The notes beneath the pieces were generated by a model. It worked only from the letters and a program-made list of their open reading frames with translations. It did no database searches and had not been told where the DNA came from. 64,000 nucleotides of DNA, from assembly GCA_043228905.1 (NCBI GenBank), contig JBHGNT010000017.1:6758001-6822000 (forward strand), written 5' to 3'. Origin of the DNA: Azolla caroliniana. Taxonomy: Eukaryota > Plantae > Polypodiophyta. Both the position numbers and the translations under genes were made by a program. Positions 26,601-40,787 of this stretch are shown here, in pieces; within the stretch, counting starts at the first letter, position 1; each line of letters starts with the position of its first letter.

Positions 26601-29600
26601 TGATCAAGAGGAAAGAGAGTGGTCGGCGATCCAAGCGGAATTGACGACGACCCGACTTAGACCACTCTCCAGCTGACAACCAAATCAACGTTGATTTGGG
26701 GAAATTCTTTCCTTAGAGGATTCAATGATCGGAGAAGTCTTCTACAGTGCACAAGATGCACACACGTTGTTGAGGAAATCCTCGCATTTTCGCGAAATGA
26801 AGCGGAACCACTGGGGTCATGGACCGAAAGGATTCAAAGTTTGTATTAGCATTAGCGAGAAAGTTTGTTAGATAGATTCAAAGAGATTGAAAGACGGATA
26901 TTCCAATTTTGAAACAGATTAAGAGAGAGAGAGATTGAAAGACGGAGATTCCAATTTTGAAACAGATTAAGAGAGAGAGATTGAACCTTTGATTTCAATT
27001 TTGAGAGACAAGATACATCACAAATAAGATAACTAGATTTTATTATTGTTTTCTTGATTCAATACATAGCCTCCCCTTGATTCTTTTTCCTCCAGTTTTT
27101 TATAGATGCCCCCATGCATGTCTGGGTGCAAGACATGCATACAAGGCATGTAATGCATGAAATGCATGCGATGCATGTTTGCCACTTGGCGCTCATGCAT
27201 TACATGTGATGCATGATGTCCATGTCACTCATCAAAGCTCTCATGTATGAGAATTTACATGTGAAGAATATAATGAAAAATACAACTTTTTAAGAAATGA
27301 CTTGGCTTAGTGGTAAGTCAATTGTGTTATGTAAGATTGTCCCTCCTTGTGGGGTAGCCAGCCGAAAAGCCGAAATGAGAGTCGACTGGCCGAAATCGGT
27401 CAGGAAGCCGAAACAAGAGTCGGTTGACCGAAATCGACTGAAATAGACGTTTGGACGAATACACACACACACAAAGTCATATATATAAATGAGATAAGTT
27501 AGTATATATATAGAGAGAGTCGTATTAGTGCATATATATGTGGGATAACTCACTAAGAAAAAACAACGAGAGAAGCGCGAAAGTGAACCCTTCTCAGTTT
27601 TCTCCTTTCCACGTGATTTTCCACATCGTTGTCGAAAATCTTCATAACATCCACCCCCACCAAACCGCACATCCTCCGGTACGTGCCAAGAAGAGAGTGT
27701 GAGATTTCGGTTACGGTGATCAATCCGATTCCTCCACGTCCTCGTTGACCTCACTCACGTTTGCGGGTTCTGCCCTACCAACTTCTTTGTTGAGGTCATC
27801 GAGGTCGAGACCCTCATCTTGTCTTTTCTTGAAGATCATTACTCTTTTCCCCGCAATGGGTATGACCAACCTGGCTGTTTAGCTCCGCAAGGTGGTAGGT
27901 GACATTGTGGTTGGCACTTGTCACCACATACGGTCCGAACCACCTTCTTGCGAACTTTCTTGTTGTCCTATGTTGATTGTCAAGGCTGCTTTCGTAGACC
28001 ATTACCCAATCCCCTTCTTCGATTTTCTTGGGACACAGTCGATGTGTCTTGTCGAACCAAATCTTGTTCTTCATGCGGGCCACCTCCATTATCTTTTGTG
28101 CAATTTCTAGATCTTCAGGCCTTCTTTCGAGTTGCCTTATTCATGCCGCTAGTAATTCTTCTCGGGTCATCTCGTTCTCCCATGGTATTGCTACACAAGA
28201 GGCGATCGTCTTTTCCATGGGCATTACTGGCTTCTGCCCATACATAAGCTCTGTTGGCATATACCCTGTCATAGAACAATGCGTAGTTCTGTCGGCCCAC
28301 AAGGCATAGGGCAATAGTTGTGGCCAGTTCCCGACTCGACCGTCGCATGCTCGTACGATGGCTTTGACTATCATTCCATGCCCTCGCTCAATCTTCTCAT
28401 TTGCTTCCGAATTGTAGACAATCGTGAGAGAGAGCTTCATGCCTAGTCGCTCGAAGAGCTCCATTGCTTCGCGTGTGTCTAGCACCTCAACCACTATCTT
28501 TCCTACACATCCATATCGATAGACGACCTCTTTGAGTAAAAATTTGCAAACGGTTGACGTCGTCTTATTTGTCAAGGCTCGTCCTTCTACTTGATTTGTT
28601 AGGTCTTCTCTTGCTAGTACCAAGTACTTTATTTGTCCCACTCCCATGATCCACCATCCATTTGAAGTGTATGGTGAGTGGCTATGTCGGTTCTAACTCA
28701 TCACAGTGACGTATGTTCGAATGTACTTGGCAGTTTTCGCATGTGGACACGAAATGAAGTACATCTTTGTACATGCTCGGCCACCAGTATTTCTCCTTCA
28801 GCTTTTCGAACGTCTAAGGATTCTCGTGGAATTCAGACATCAACATCGCTTGGTCCTCTCTCTTCACCACTACTTGACGTGGCATTCCTGTCCTTCTCTT
28901 CGGGTGGCGCCAGAGGATTCCTCCCTTTAGAAAGTATTGGTAGGTTTTCTTCCAGATTCGTAGAGCCTCCTCCTTCATCCACGAAGCATCCACCGTCATT
29001 GTTTTAAGAATCTACCAATCAATAGCCATTCTCCTTTGTACTCGTTCTTGTTGAAGGCGTGGAGAGTTGGCGTGCCCTTGTCTTCTGCCGATAGTCGGGC
29101 CATCTTGAAGAAGTCGAGGGTGATGTCTTCATCTTCCGAAACCATGGCGTTCTTCTTTCCTACAATGTGGTGGATCTCCGGGTTTAAAGACTTGATATAG
29201 GTGATCCACCTTAGCATAGCCAGATCTGGTGTCGCACACCCTGAGATCATCCCGAGGATTGAGAGACAATCTGTCTCAATTATCACTTCCAACCCGATCA
29301 GGTAGTCTTTGTCTATCTTCACCGTAGACACAATACCACAAAGTTCCCGCTTGACTTGGGCGTATCCTTGCTGTCATTCACTAAGGACTTTTGCCCCGAA
29401 CTGGATGGCATATCATGCACTATCTTCTCCTTCTTGGTCGATGATCCACCCGATTCCAGTTGGGCTCATATCCACAATCACATAAATCGGCTTTCGTTCA
29501 GTATAATTGGCCTTTCTTAGTGTTGGAGCTTCAAGAAGCAGTTTCTTCAATCTTCGTATCACGTTTGTATGCTCCTCTCACCATTTGAACTTCTTTCTTT

Positions 29601-31029
29601 TCTTTAGCAATCCATATAATGGCTCGGCGACATGAGCGTAGTGCGGAATCTAGATATGATAAAAGGCACATGCTCCCAAGAATCTTCACACCTCTATCTG
29701 GGATATACATTCTTCTTGCATCTCTTGAATAACATTCACCTTCTTAGGAGAGGGTTTCCGTTTGTATGGTCCGCAAAGATGTCCTACTAGGACCTCGCAT
29801 TGGCCGAATGTTGACTTTTCTCCGGAGAATGTGAGCCCGGCTCCTTCTAGTCTTTGTAGCACTCTCTCGCAATCTTCAATATGGTTTGAAACAAATCTTC
29901 GACATCCATCTTTATCTAAAGACTCATCCTTTTCTGATTCAGGGCACCCTTTTATAGGGATATCATCGAGGAAAGGCATCGTAATATCTGGGATGCAATC
30001 TCATAATACTTTGTTCATAGCATTCACCATGTGTGCTACAAAGTTGGTTGCTCCTTGAGGTAGGGTGCACATCTGTACCAATCCAATCAGAGTTCTCATT
30101 GTTGTGATGTCTCTGCAGTCAACTGCTAGTTGAAATTGATCGTAGCCTAAGTAGAGATCACCAATAGAATAAATGGACCTTCCCGCAAATGCTTTTGCGA
30201 ATTCATCGATACTTGGACCGATCCCAACATTGCGGATCGTCACTTTATTCACTGGTTGAAGATCTTGTATGAACCTTAAGGTTCCATTCTTCTTTGGTAC
30301 CATGAACCACCTATTCGAGTAGGAGCATTTGACGGCTCTAGAATTCTCATCTCGACCTTCTCTTTCAAGAGCTTGATTAATTTCGGAATGTGTGCGCTTG
30401 GGACTGGTATCGTTGTCAGGCTCCACGACACATGTGATATTGTGAATATCATCATCGGTTCTAGTATCTTTGGATCGGAGCATCTGATTTCATTCGGATA
30501 GAAAGAAAATGCTTTCCCATGTCTTTCAAGCATTTCTCGAAATGCGACTTCCTCTTCTGGCAAGAAAAATTCGTCTTTTCCGACACAAAGCTTTTCTCTT
30601 GTCTCTTTAGTGATGGCATGTCTGATTCCTCTCGGATCCCGTAGGCTTGGATCTCGTGCAACTTCCTTCATTCTTAGCTAGCTATCCTCAGGTAGCGGAA
30701 TAGCAACAAGCTTTACTTTCTTGTCACCGTCTTGTATTGCGTATTAACTTCGACTTTCTCTGCCATGATACTTTGACTATACTCATTGATGGCAACGTAC
30801 ATGTCGATGGAGTTTATCTGAATTGATCATTGGCTGCGAGGGCCCAAGTCCATGACATTCTCCATTTCGCCAATGCTATTGTTAAATGAGGCTTCCTCCA
30901 TAACCTATTCGATGCTTTCATTGCTTTCCAATATTTGTTCTTCTCTTAAAGCTTCCTCGAAGCTTTGCATCTAAAACTTCTCTTCTTTATCAAACATGTT
31001 GATTTTGCACAGTCCATTAGGGGCTATGT

Positions 31030-31676
31030 TGTCGCGAAGATGCGCGTGCGTGCGTGATTTGCTTGAACGGGACCGCTGGGGTCTTGGATGAGGGAGTTAT
31101 TGAGAAGAGGATGATGTGAATGTAAGATTTGGGGAAACAATGAGCACTACACTTGAGAAGATCGGAAATTTTTACACTCAAGGAGAAGATAAACAAGAAT
31201 AATAAGAAGAAGCATATTATATTGATGGTGATAGTGATGATGATAATATCACATATTGAGCCCCCCTTTTACACAAGCCTTACAAGGGTTTTTATAGGTC
31301 TATCCATGCTTCTAACATGCACAAAACCATGGGCTTGGACCCATGGTTTTTGGACACACGGTTTTTCTTGTGGCTTGCACAAAACCATGGGCTTGGAATA
31401 TGGTTTTGTGCACATGGTTTTGTACGGTTGTTTTCCTATGCCTTTTGAATATGTAAAGAAATATAAAACATTTAAAGTACTTGGTAGTAGCCCTAATGGT
31501 AAGATAAATGTCTCCTATCTTGGAGGTGCAAGGTTCAAATCTTACTTGCACCCCTCTATGTTCACTCAAATGCCACTAGGCCCTAGGATAATTTTCATAT
31601 TTATAATCGTTTGTGTAATGTGCGTGGAACTACACTATTTCACAATTTCTCCCATTGGACGCGCAACATCACGACA
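31030..31676 (-). mobile_element. Solo LTR E of the F/G-type gypsy family, inserted in F
   Basis: Minus-strand termini TGTCGTGATG...TTCGCGACA; 4-bp TSD ATGT/ACGT; TATA box CTATAAAA; F pol resumes on both sides. Confidence 0.78.
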
Positions 31677-33892
31677 ACGTACAACCCTCCTTTCGCAAAT
31701 TTGCAAACTTTTCTTTCTTCTTGGGCATACGCTTACTTGGAGTATTCAACCCCCGCTCACAAATAGCCCGCCCTAAAAATCCGAGACATCTTTTATGAGA
31801 CAATCCCGATTCCTTTCGTGGTTGGCACGTACAATCAAGAACTATACAACCTTCTTCCCATCAAGACTCCTTACTCGAGCAAACGCGACACCATTGTCAA
31901 ACACTTTGGTTTCCATCTAGGACGAAGTTATGCATGGTTGCCCAAGAATGATAGGATGGGATGTTGAATCTTGAACAAAAAAATGTTGATCTATCTCGAC
32001 ATCGCCAATCGTGATGGGGATATTAGGACATGCATCGTACAGGTCTTGGTAGCTTTTGTTGCCGCACGGATCTTCTACCCATGATTCGTATTTATGGGCC
32101 ATCTTCCCTTTTTGTAGATCTCAGTTGACATAAGGTTGATCTCGGACCCATGGTCTATTAAAGCTACGACTATCTCTTTTCTCTCTCCCAACTTTACTGG
32201 CGTTTCCGTCGTCGCTCATGCCCAATGAGGCCGAGTATAGTGGTTGTCTACCATATCTTCATCGACTTCGTCCCATGCCGTTGCTATGGCATTCAATTTT
32301 GCTTTTAGTGGCTTCTCTTCTTCCTTGTTCGATTGTTGCCTTTTTCCCTTTACAAGGTCCACGATCGTATCATGGAACTCCTTCTTTGTAATATCTAGCA
32401 ATTCCTTCAAGGACAAGGCCACATGGCTATCACGAACACGTTCCTCGAGAATCTTCTTCGAATATGTCGTTTGTTCTATATCCGACCTTAGTTTATAGGT
32501 AGGCATAGTTCTTGTCTTCCGAACAAGGTCTTCGACTCATTTGCTTGACTACCCTTTCCGGCTTGAGTCTCCATCCTCCGTTCGTAAAGCTCGACTTGCT
32601 TCTACATCTTCTTTCTTTTTTGCATTCCTTGTTTCCTGTCTTTTTTATGGGCTATCTTGCCCTTCCATTCTTTTCCTCTTTTCATCCACGAACACCTTGT
32701 GGTTGTCACACATCACTTCCACGAGTATGGTGTTGTCATCTACCGGATCTGACTATCCAATGATACTTTGTACACCTCGGTCCGCAAGCTCTACATCGTT
32801 CAAAATAACTTTGCCCTTCTTCTTACATTCAAGAACAAAAGAGCAAAACTTTATTCCCATTCTAGTAGCTTCATTTTTATCTTTCCCGACTCTTATTCCG
32901 GCCGATGCAGAATAGTGCATCGCATCCACATGAGTCGCCTCAACATCTTCCATAGCTTCCTTCATTCCCCCTCTTCCGAAATTCACCCGTAGAGATCTTC
33001 GAGTTTCAGTCGAGTAGATCATGTTGTCATCCATGTATACGATATTTTGTCGGATGGCCTCTTGACGGCTCGCGCACTCCTTTCTCATGTGGTCCATGTT
33101 GTCGCATCACACACATCTAGAGGGTTCTTTTCCTTTCAGGCCTCGATGATTCATGTTTGCTAGCGTGACCATCTCGAACTTCTTCGCCAGTTCTTCGATG
33201 ATGTCATCATCAATTTTCTTTTCTTCCGGGTTGCTTTGTTTGGGCGGCTGAGCCACCTTTGGTTGTCTAGTTTTCTCCCCGCTCAATCCTGCCATTGACG
33301 ATGCTTGTCGAGCCTGTTGCACGCTCGCTTCACCGCAGTCTAGTCTACCACAAGCCTGTTCGCTTGGGTGTCATCTTCGAGAAGAGTCCCCAGTTCTCGT
33401 CTATCCTTCATATCCATAACTTTTAGGAAGTACAAAGTCTTGTCCTCCTCAAGTAGCACTTGGTCTATGGCGGGAAGACGACTAAACATCTGGTCGAACT
33501 CGTTGTACACCCTCGAGGCGCTCATCTTCTTATTCTTCTTCTCTATCCACTTCATCAAGACCTGTCAAGTCATCTTTAACAAATCTTCCGTCATAAACTC
33601 CGTTAATATTGCTTTCTGGAACTCGGTTCATGTTTTCTTCCCTTCTTGAAGCTCGATGACCTGTCTTTGGATGTTGTTGGCGAAAACTCTCTTGAAACTT
33701 GAGATTTGACGTGCTTCAGACACGTCCCACTGATTCATCTTCCTTTTGTATACATCAAGGAACTTCGTAATGTTCCTTCCATCAAACTGACCCTTGATCT
33801 CCACGACACGGTCGACGACCTTCTTCACGCTGTTGTGACGAATGTGCTTCACGATATAAAAATGAGCTTAAATATTGTATTTAATAATATTT

Positions 33893-34402
33893 GAGAGACT
33901 TGAACCCACATCCTTATATACAAAGTACAATGTACATACCACTAGGCTAGGCTATTTATCTGTAAAAGTTTGTAATAAATGTGCTTCATGATATAAGAAT
34001 GAAGCTATATATTGTATTGAGTAAAATTGAGAGACTTGAACTCTCAACCTTGTATGCCAAACACAAAGTATACACCACTAAGCTAGGTTAGTTATTTTAG
34101 AATATATTTTCATCATTATACTTATCCCATATCTATTTTCATACATGGGAGCTCAAGTGAGCATGATGGCTACCATGCATCACGTGCAATACATGTGCGC
34201 CAAATGGCGATCATGCATTGCATGCATGCCATGCTCCCATACATTACCATATGCATGGCAACACTTATATAAAGAGGGGCAAGGAAAACAAGAGGGGATC
34301 AAGAGAGAGTGAGAAAATAATATAATCAAGTAAAGAAGACTAGCTCATTGGGTGGAGAACCTCTCGTTTCGAAGTTGAGGTCGTGGGTTCAAATCAAGGG
34401 TC
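33893..34402. promoter_or_regulatory. Three tRNA-like A/B-box modules in the LTR of G: two antisense in U3 (33893-33952, 34029-34088) and one sense after the TATA box (34338-34402)
   Basis: Minus: TAGCCTAGTGG...GTGGGTTCAAGTCTC and TAGCTTAGTGG...AGGTTGAGAG-TTCAAGT-CTCTC. Plus: TAGCTCATTGG...GAGGTCGTGGGTTCAAATC. Confidence 0.65.
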
Positions 34403-34591
34403 AGTAGAGAATGTGTTCAGTTTGCGATCAAGGATTGTAAAGTTGGTTGAATATTGTCTTTTTAATATACATCATGTTTATATCAAATACTCTTGCTTCT
34501 TGAATCATACTTTGTCTCAATCTTCCTTCTTAAATCATACTTTGTCTCTATCTTGCTTCTTGAATCATACATTGTCTTCTATCTATTCTCG

Positions 34592-34623
<32 letters not shown>

Positions 34624-34798
34624 TACTCGTAACTCTTCTTGTTGCTATTCTTAACCTTTCTAACATCACCATACAAGCCTATTTAAAATTTAAGTTCCTT
34701 CAACTCCCCTTAACCTTCGTCCCTGCGACCTTGCCGCACGAACCACAACTACCCCGACACATTTGGTGAACCCGACGTGAAGGCAACGATGAGGAGAA

Positions 34799-36880
34799 AT
34801 GGAGGAGCAACTGAGGCTTATGTGTACGATGATGGAACGAGTGATGCGGGAACAAGGGATGATGGCAAGCATCGACAAAACCGTCGACAATATTCTCGCA
34901 CGAGTAGGAATCTTCGAAGGTATAAATTTAACAAGATTTCTAAAGATTTATAATGAAGAAATGCTTAAACGCGGTGTCGACGAAGCTGCAAAAATTAATA
35001 GCTTTAGTCGAGTCGCTGTGATTGGGCTACAAGAAAGGATCCAGGAGCTACAGAGGGAACATCAGACATGGGCGACTTTCGAAAGAGCATTGCTAAATGA
35101 ATACAACCTCAACGATATGTCAAGGATGACAAGGCGAACTTTCATTGATTGGGTAGAGTCTGATAAACATTTAAGTGTTTTGGAAGTGTTAAAAGAGTTT
35201 TCAGAAAGATTTGAGCAATTAAATGTTAGAGATAGAAATATAATAATGCCAGATAAAGTAATATTGTTTCTACAAGCTACTAATATTAAAGACAGGAAGG
35301 ACTTGGGAATGCTTTTAGAAGATTAGAATAGTCCAAGTGGACTTACCGAAGACTGGGAGGAGGTGAAAAGGGTGTGCGCCCATTTCTGCAAAAGAAAGTT
35401 ATGGTTTATGGAGTTGCCCGAAAGAAATGATGAAGAAACGAGGAACGAGTCGGGAGAAAAGAAAGTAGAAGAATCACTCTTACACGAATTGGTGAAAGGC
35501 ATGAAAGACTTGTCGATCAAAGTGACGAAGCTAGAATTGGGACAAAGCTCGACTTCATCAAGATAGGGAGGTGGAATGGTCCAAAGGTGTATGTGGTGTG
35601 ATAGTATTGACCACCAGAAGAAGGATTGTCAAGAGCATAGGGATGCTCTTAATCATAATAAAATCTACTATCAAGATGGCAAGATTCACTCGATAGAGAC
35701 TCGACAACCACTTCAACTCAACTTTGGGCGAGGAGGAATGAAAAAGCTAATGGGAGATGCCGAGAGAGAAACGACTCAAGCGATACAATCTGTAGCAACC
35801 TTAGGCTTGCGCGTAGAAGACTCATATGGTGGATCTGGCTTTTGGCAAGATGTGATGGATTATGCAAGAAAAGGGAAGGTTCGAGTCGATGAATTAAAAA
35901 GAGCAGGAGATGAAATACGAAACTTCACTAGATGGAATGATCCAGTAGACGCGCTATCAACATTCGCCCAAGTGAATGCACAAGATGTGCTAGTGGAAGA
36001 GAGCTAAGGAAACTGATCCGACAAAGAGACATGAGACACGAGAATAGAAGAGAAGGGAGATGGAAAAGGGTGCTACTGAGCCGAAGGAAGCTGATAAAGT
36101 AAAAGGAAAGACATGCCCATCTTTCAAGCTTGCCTCAGACATAGAAACAACGACGGATATAAAAAAGGTACTAGAAACAAGAATATTAAATAGTAAGGTA
36201 GAATTTACTTTAAGAGAAGTGTTGGGTATAGCAAAGAAAGAATTTCATGAAGTTATCATAGATATTATTAGAAGGAAGAGACAGGTGACGCAACAACACT
36301 CCAAGATTTGTATGGTGGCACCATCAATGCTGTAAGTGTAAAAAACCAGAATGATGTTGGCGTCCATGAAGGGGATAGGAGTCACTATACAAGGGACCAT
36401 TGGGCTCGAGCAACAACGGAGGCACCTGTAAAAATTGGGGAGCAGCAAATTCCATGTATTTCTTTGATCGATCATGGATCCGAGATTAACATGATGTCAT
36501 CGGAATTTTATGCTCAAGGACGGTGGCCGATCGACAAGAATCATGGGTGGAAAATAAGAGTTGCCACAGAGACTACGGAGGATCTATTTGGAGCATGTCC
36601 TAGTGTGAAGGTAACAATTGGTGATGTGTCGGTGAATCAAAATTTCTTTGTGCAGGATCAATCAACCTACCCCGTCATCCTTGGTCAGCCCTACGTAACC
36701 GCAGTGAGGATGGAAACAAAGGTTATTGATGATGGTTCGGCTTTCGCGAGAATCAAGAGTCAAGATGGAAGAAAGACTGTCCAATTCTTAACCGTGAGGC
36801 CCAACCATGAAAGAAACAAAGAATGCTTGAGGGAACATCCAATTCAAGAGATGGATGAAGAGTTTTCCCATGATTTTTAG
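34799..36880 (+). pseudogene. G gag-protease (broken)
   Basis: Gag (FEGINLTRFL), CMWCDSIDHQKKDC knuckle, LIDHGSEINMM aspartic protease, ILGQP. Confidence 0.88.
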
Positions 36881-39800
36881 ATAGGGCTTTTATAGGTAGG
36901 GGTTGTGATAGCCCGAACATAAAAGAAAACCCCATGAATAATAATGTAAATAAAGATATTTCTTGTACAATCTCATCTAATGGTGATACTTTTATACTAA
37001 AAGTAAATAATAATAAAATATAAAATGCTTTCGAGTACTTTAAGTGTTCTGGATTAATAGATGATGATGAAGAAATTCAGGGTATGTTTGAAGAATTAAG
37101 TTTTGAAGATACAATAACTCATTTGGAAGCAATGGAAGAAGACAACGAAATCCAAGTTCTTGTCCACTCAATCAAGATGTATGAGGTCATTGAAGAAGTT
37201 GCTCAAAAGGATCATGAAGCACATGTACTAACAAAGTACAAGACATTGGAGAAGAAGGTTCGTCCTATTGCTGCTTCACTTCCAGGGGATAGTGAAAAAG
37301 CAATCAAAGAAGCAGCCATAGAGCCAATGATCAGAGACCCACGAAAGGTGGGACATGTGTTTACTCCAGAAACAATACAAGGGCTGAAAATAGGAGGGGG
37401 TGACTTCCTATTACCGTATGAAGAAAAGCAATTCAGGGAGATGTTAAAAAGGCATGGAAAGGCGTTCGCATTCCAACCTGAGGAAATAGGGTGTGTGGAT
37501 CCAGAAATTGTAGAGCCCATGGTTATATTCATTATTCCTCATATTCCATGGAACTTTAAGCCAATACCCATGCCTAGGGCTAGAATCCTTCAACTATTAG
37601 AACTTCTAAAAGAAAAGATAAGGATGGGTATCTTGGAACCATCAAACGCTCCTTACTCGAGTCGATGGTTCACTGTGTTAAAGAAAGATGGGCGACTCCG
37701 ATTTATCCAAGATATGCAACCCGTGAATAAGATAACAATCCGAAACTCGGGAGTAGGGCCAATTGTGGATGAGTTTGTTGAGATGTTTGCAGGAAGAGCT
37801 ATATATTCAATGGGAGACCTTTATTCCGGGTATGATCAATTTCAACTTGCTATCAAAAGTCGAGATATAACTTCTATCAAGACACCTATAGGGTTAGTAC
37901 AGATGTGCACCTTGCCACAAGGAGCGACCAACTTAGTAGCACATATGATGAATGGAATGAACAAGGTACTTCGTGATTTTATTCCTCATATTACAATGCC
38001 TTTTTAAGATGATGTTCTGATTAAGGGATGCAAGGAGGAAGAGAAGAATGAGGAATTGGACGAAAGTGGTTGCCGTCAATTCGTCGTTGACCATATCAAG
38101 GATTGTGAGAAGGTACTATCAAGGATGGAAGAAGTGCATTTGACCTTATCAGGGGCGAAGTCAATATTTGGGGCAAAAGAGATATTAATAGTTGGTCATA
38201 TGTGTGGCCCGTACGGGAGAAAGTCATCCCTTGCCAAGGTCAATGCAATTCAAAATATGCAAGAGGAATGTACATCCGTCTCAGAAGTATGAAGGTTTCT
38301 GGGGGTATGTGTTTTTTACTATAAATGGATTCCACATTATGCCCATTTATCTGAACCTTTATATAGACTCCTAAGAAAAGGAGAGACATTTGAATGGAGT
38401 GAAGAGCATTTAAAGGCAATGAAGAAATTGAAGTACTACTTAGCACAAGCTCCACCATTAAAGCAACCTGACTACACCCGACCCATATATCTCATAGTAA
38501 ACTCTAGTCCCATTGGAATTGGATGGGTGATAAGCCATCAAGATGGGGAAGAAAGGTATCCAATCCGATTCAGAGCAAAGGTTCTTAGTGGTCGACAAAG
38601 AAAATATGCACAGGTGAAAAGAGAGCTATGGGGGATAGTAACAACAGTAAAGACAGACAGAGATTACTTAATCGATGTTGAAGTAATAATAGAAATAGAT
38701 TGTTTTCCTATTCCTGGTATCATAGCTAATTGTGATATTCCAGATCAAGCCATGTTAAGATGGTGTGTCTATATTAGATCAGTCAACTCTAAAGTTAGAC
38801 ATATCTCTAGGAATAAAAATGTAGTAGCAGATATGTTATCAAGAGCAAGGTATAAGGAAGAGGAGATTCCAGACTCAGACGATGAGGACAAAGAACAAAC
38901 AGTCCTTGCCACAAGCATTACCCGAGAAGGAGGGATGCAGTTTCTAGAAGAGGACTATGAAGAAGAATTCAAGGAAATAGGGAAATACCTACAAACCCCT
39001 GAAAAGTACTAAGGTCAATCTGGAAAAGAGTTCGCGCAGTTTCGCAAGAAAGCCCATAAGTTCTTCCTGCATGAAGGATATCTATGGAGACATCCAAAGA
39101 CCAAGACTGGAAACCCGCAAAGAGTAATAGGTTCTGAAGTGCAAAGAAAGGAGGTAATGAGAGAGTTGCATGACAAAGAATGGGCTGGTCATCGAGGAGT
39201 GTGGGCCACTTTCAGTAAGATTAAAGAACAGTTTCGGTGGCATCGATACTATGAGGAAACAAAGAAGTATGTAGAAACTTGTCCCACTTGTCAATATTAT
39301 TCAAATATAAAATTTTGTGATGAGTTACACCCAACATAATCACCGGGGGTGCATTACAAGTGGATGATAGATTTGGTAACAATGCCACTTGGAGTAGGAC
39401 AAAAGAGATACTTGGTTCTTGCAAGAGAAGACCTAATAAATCAAGTGGAAGGGACATTAGGAGTATGCCAATTCATCTTGGAGGACATTGTTTGTAGATA
39501 TGGATGTATTAGGAGATAGTGGCAGATAGGGGAGAGTTCAATTTTGCGGAAGCTCAAGATTTTTTTGACAAAGTAGGAATTCAGCTTTCTTTGACAATGG
39601 CGTACAATCCGGAAGCTAATGGGAAGATAGAAAGGGGACATGGGCCAATAGTCAAAGCTTTGGCAAAGGCATGTAAAGGATGGGTTAGTCATTAGCCAAA
39701 AATCTTACCCTATGCATTGTGAGTTGATAGGACAACTCACGGTACTGTTACTGGATATATGCCTGCAGAATTAATCACAGGACAGAAGCCGATAATGCCA

Positions 39801-40247
39801 ATTGAAGAAAAGATAACATGGGATGTGTTGCCTTGGGAATCAGAAATGAGTAGGGAATATTTACTTGCGATTCGGATACGACAACTTCAATCAAGAACAG
39901 AAGACATAGAAAAAGTAGCTACTAGATTGAAAGAGGCAAGAGTCAAGAATAAGGACAGATTTGACAAGATGAAAAGAATACGACCAAGAAGGGTGCAAGA
40001 GGGAGATTGGGTATTACTATATGATAACAACCTAGATAATCAATATAGTACTATTCAGAAGTTCGCAAAAAGATGGTTTGGACCTTATAAAGTTTGGAAA
40101 ATAACAGATAAGGCCACATATTTCCTCAATGACTTAGATGGGACAGAGATTCGTATCCCAATTGTAGGAAAAATGATTAAAATATTTAAAAGGAGGGAGT
40201 CATTAGAGCCCGAATTTTATGAAGAAGTAGAAGAACTAAAAGAATAA
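36877..40247 (+). pseudogene. G pol (RT-RNaseH-integrase) in the -1 frame, broken
   Basis: DLYSGYDQFQL, LPQGATN, PF*DD, RNase H (NVVADMLSR), HHCC (LHDKEWAGH...CPTCQ), FGPY. Confidence 0.9.
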
Positions 40248-40787
40248 GAAGAAGTGCTGGATGAACTCTGCACAACCAATGTGTAAGTTCAGAGGGGGTG
40301 AGTGTCGTGAAGAATATGCTTCACAATATAAAAATGAGCTTAAATATTGTATTTAATAATATTTGAGAGACTTGAACCCACATCCTTATATACAAAGTAC
40401 AATGTACATACCACTAGGCTAGGCTATTTATTTGTAAGAGCTTGTAATAAATGTGCTTCATGATATAAGAATGAAGCTATATATTGTATTGACTTGAACT
40501 CTCAACCTTGTATGCCAAACACAAAGTATACACCACTAAGCTAGGTTAGTTATTTTAGAAAAATACATTTTCATCATTATACTTATCCCATATCTATTTT
40601 CATACATGGGAGCTCAAGTGAGCATGATGGCTACCATGCATCACGTGCAATACATGTGCGCCAAATGGCGATCATGCATTGCATGCATGCCATACTCCCA
40701 TACATAACCATATGCATGGCAACACTTATATTAAGAGGGGCAAGGAAAACAAGAGGGGATCAAGAGAGAGTGAGAAAATAATACAAT

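Noticed and set aside
31153-31776. 207-aa ORF, and the 128/163-aa ORFs at 34383 and 41967
   Set aside because: They lie in LTR sequence, are low complexity and have no recognisable domain.
33893-34402. Functional tRNA genes in LTRs and at 4.5 kb
   Set aside because: Acceptor and anticodon stems do not pair; only box and T-arm features remain.
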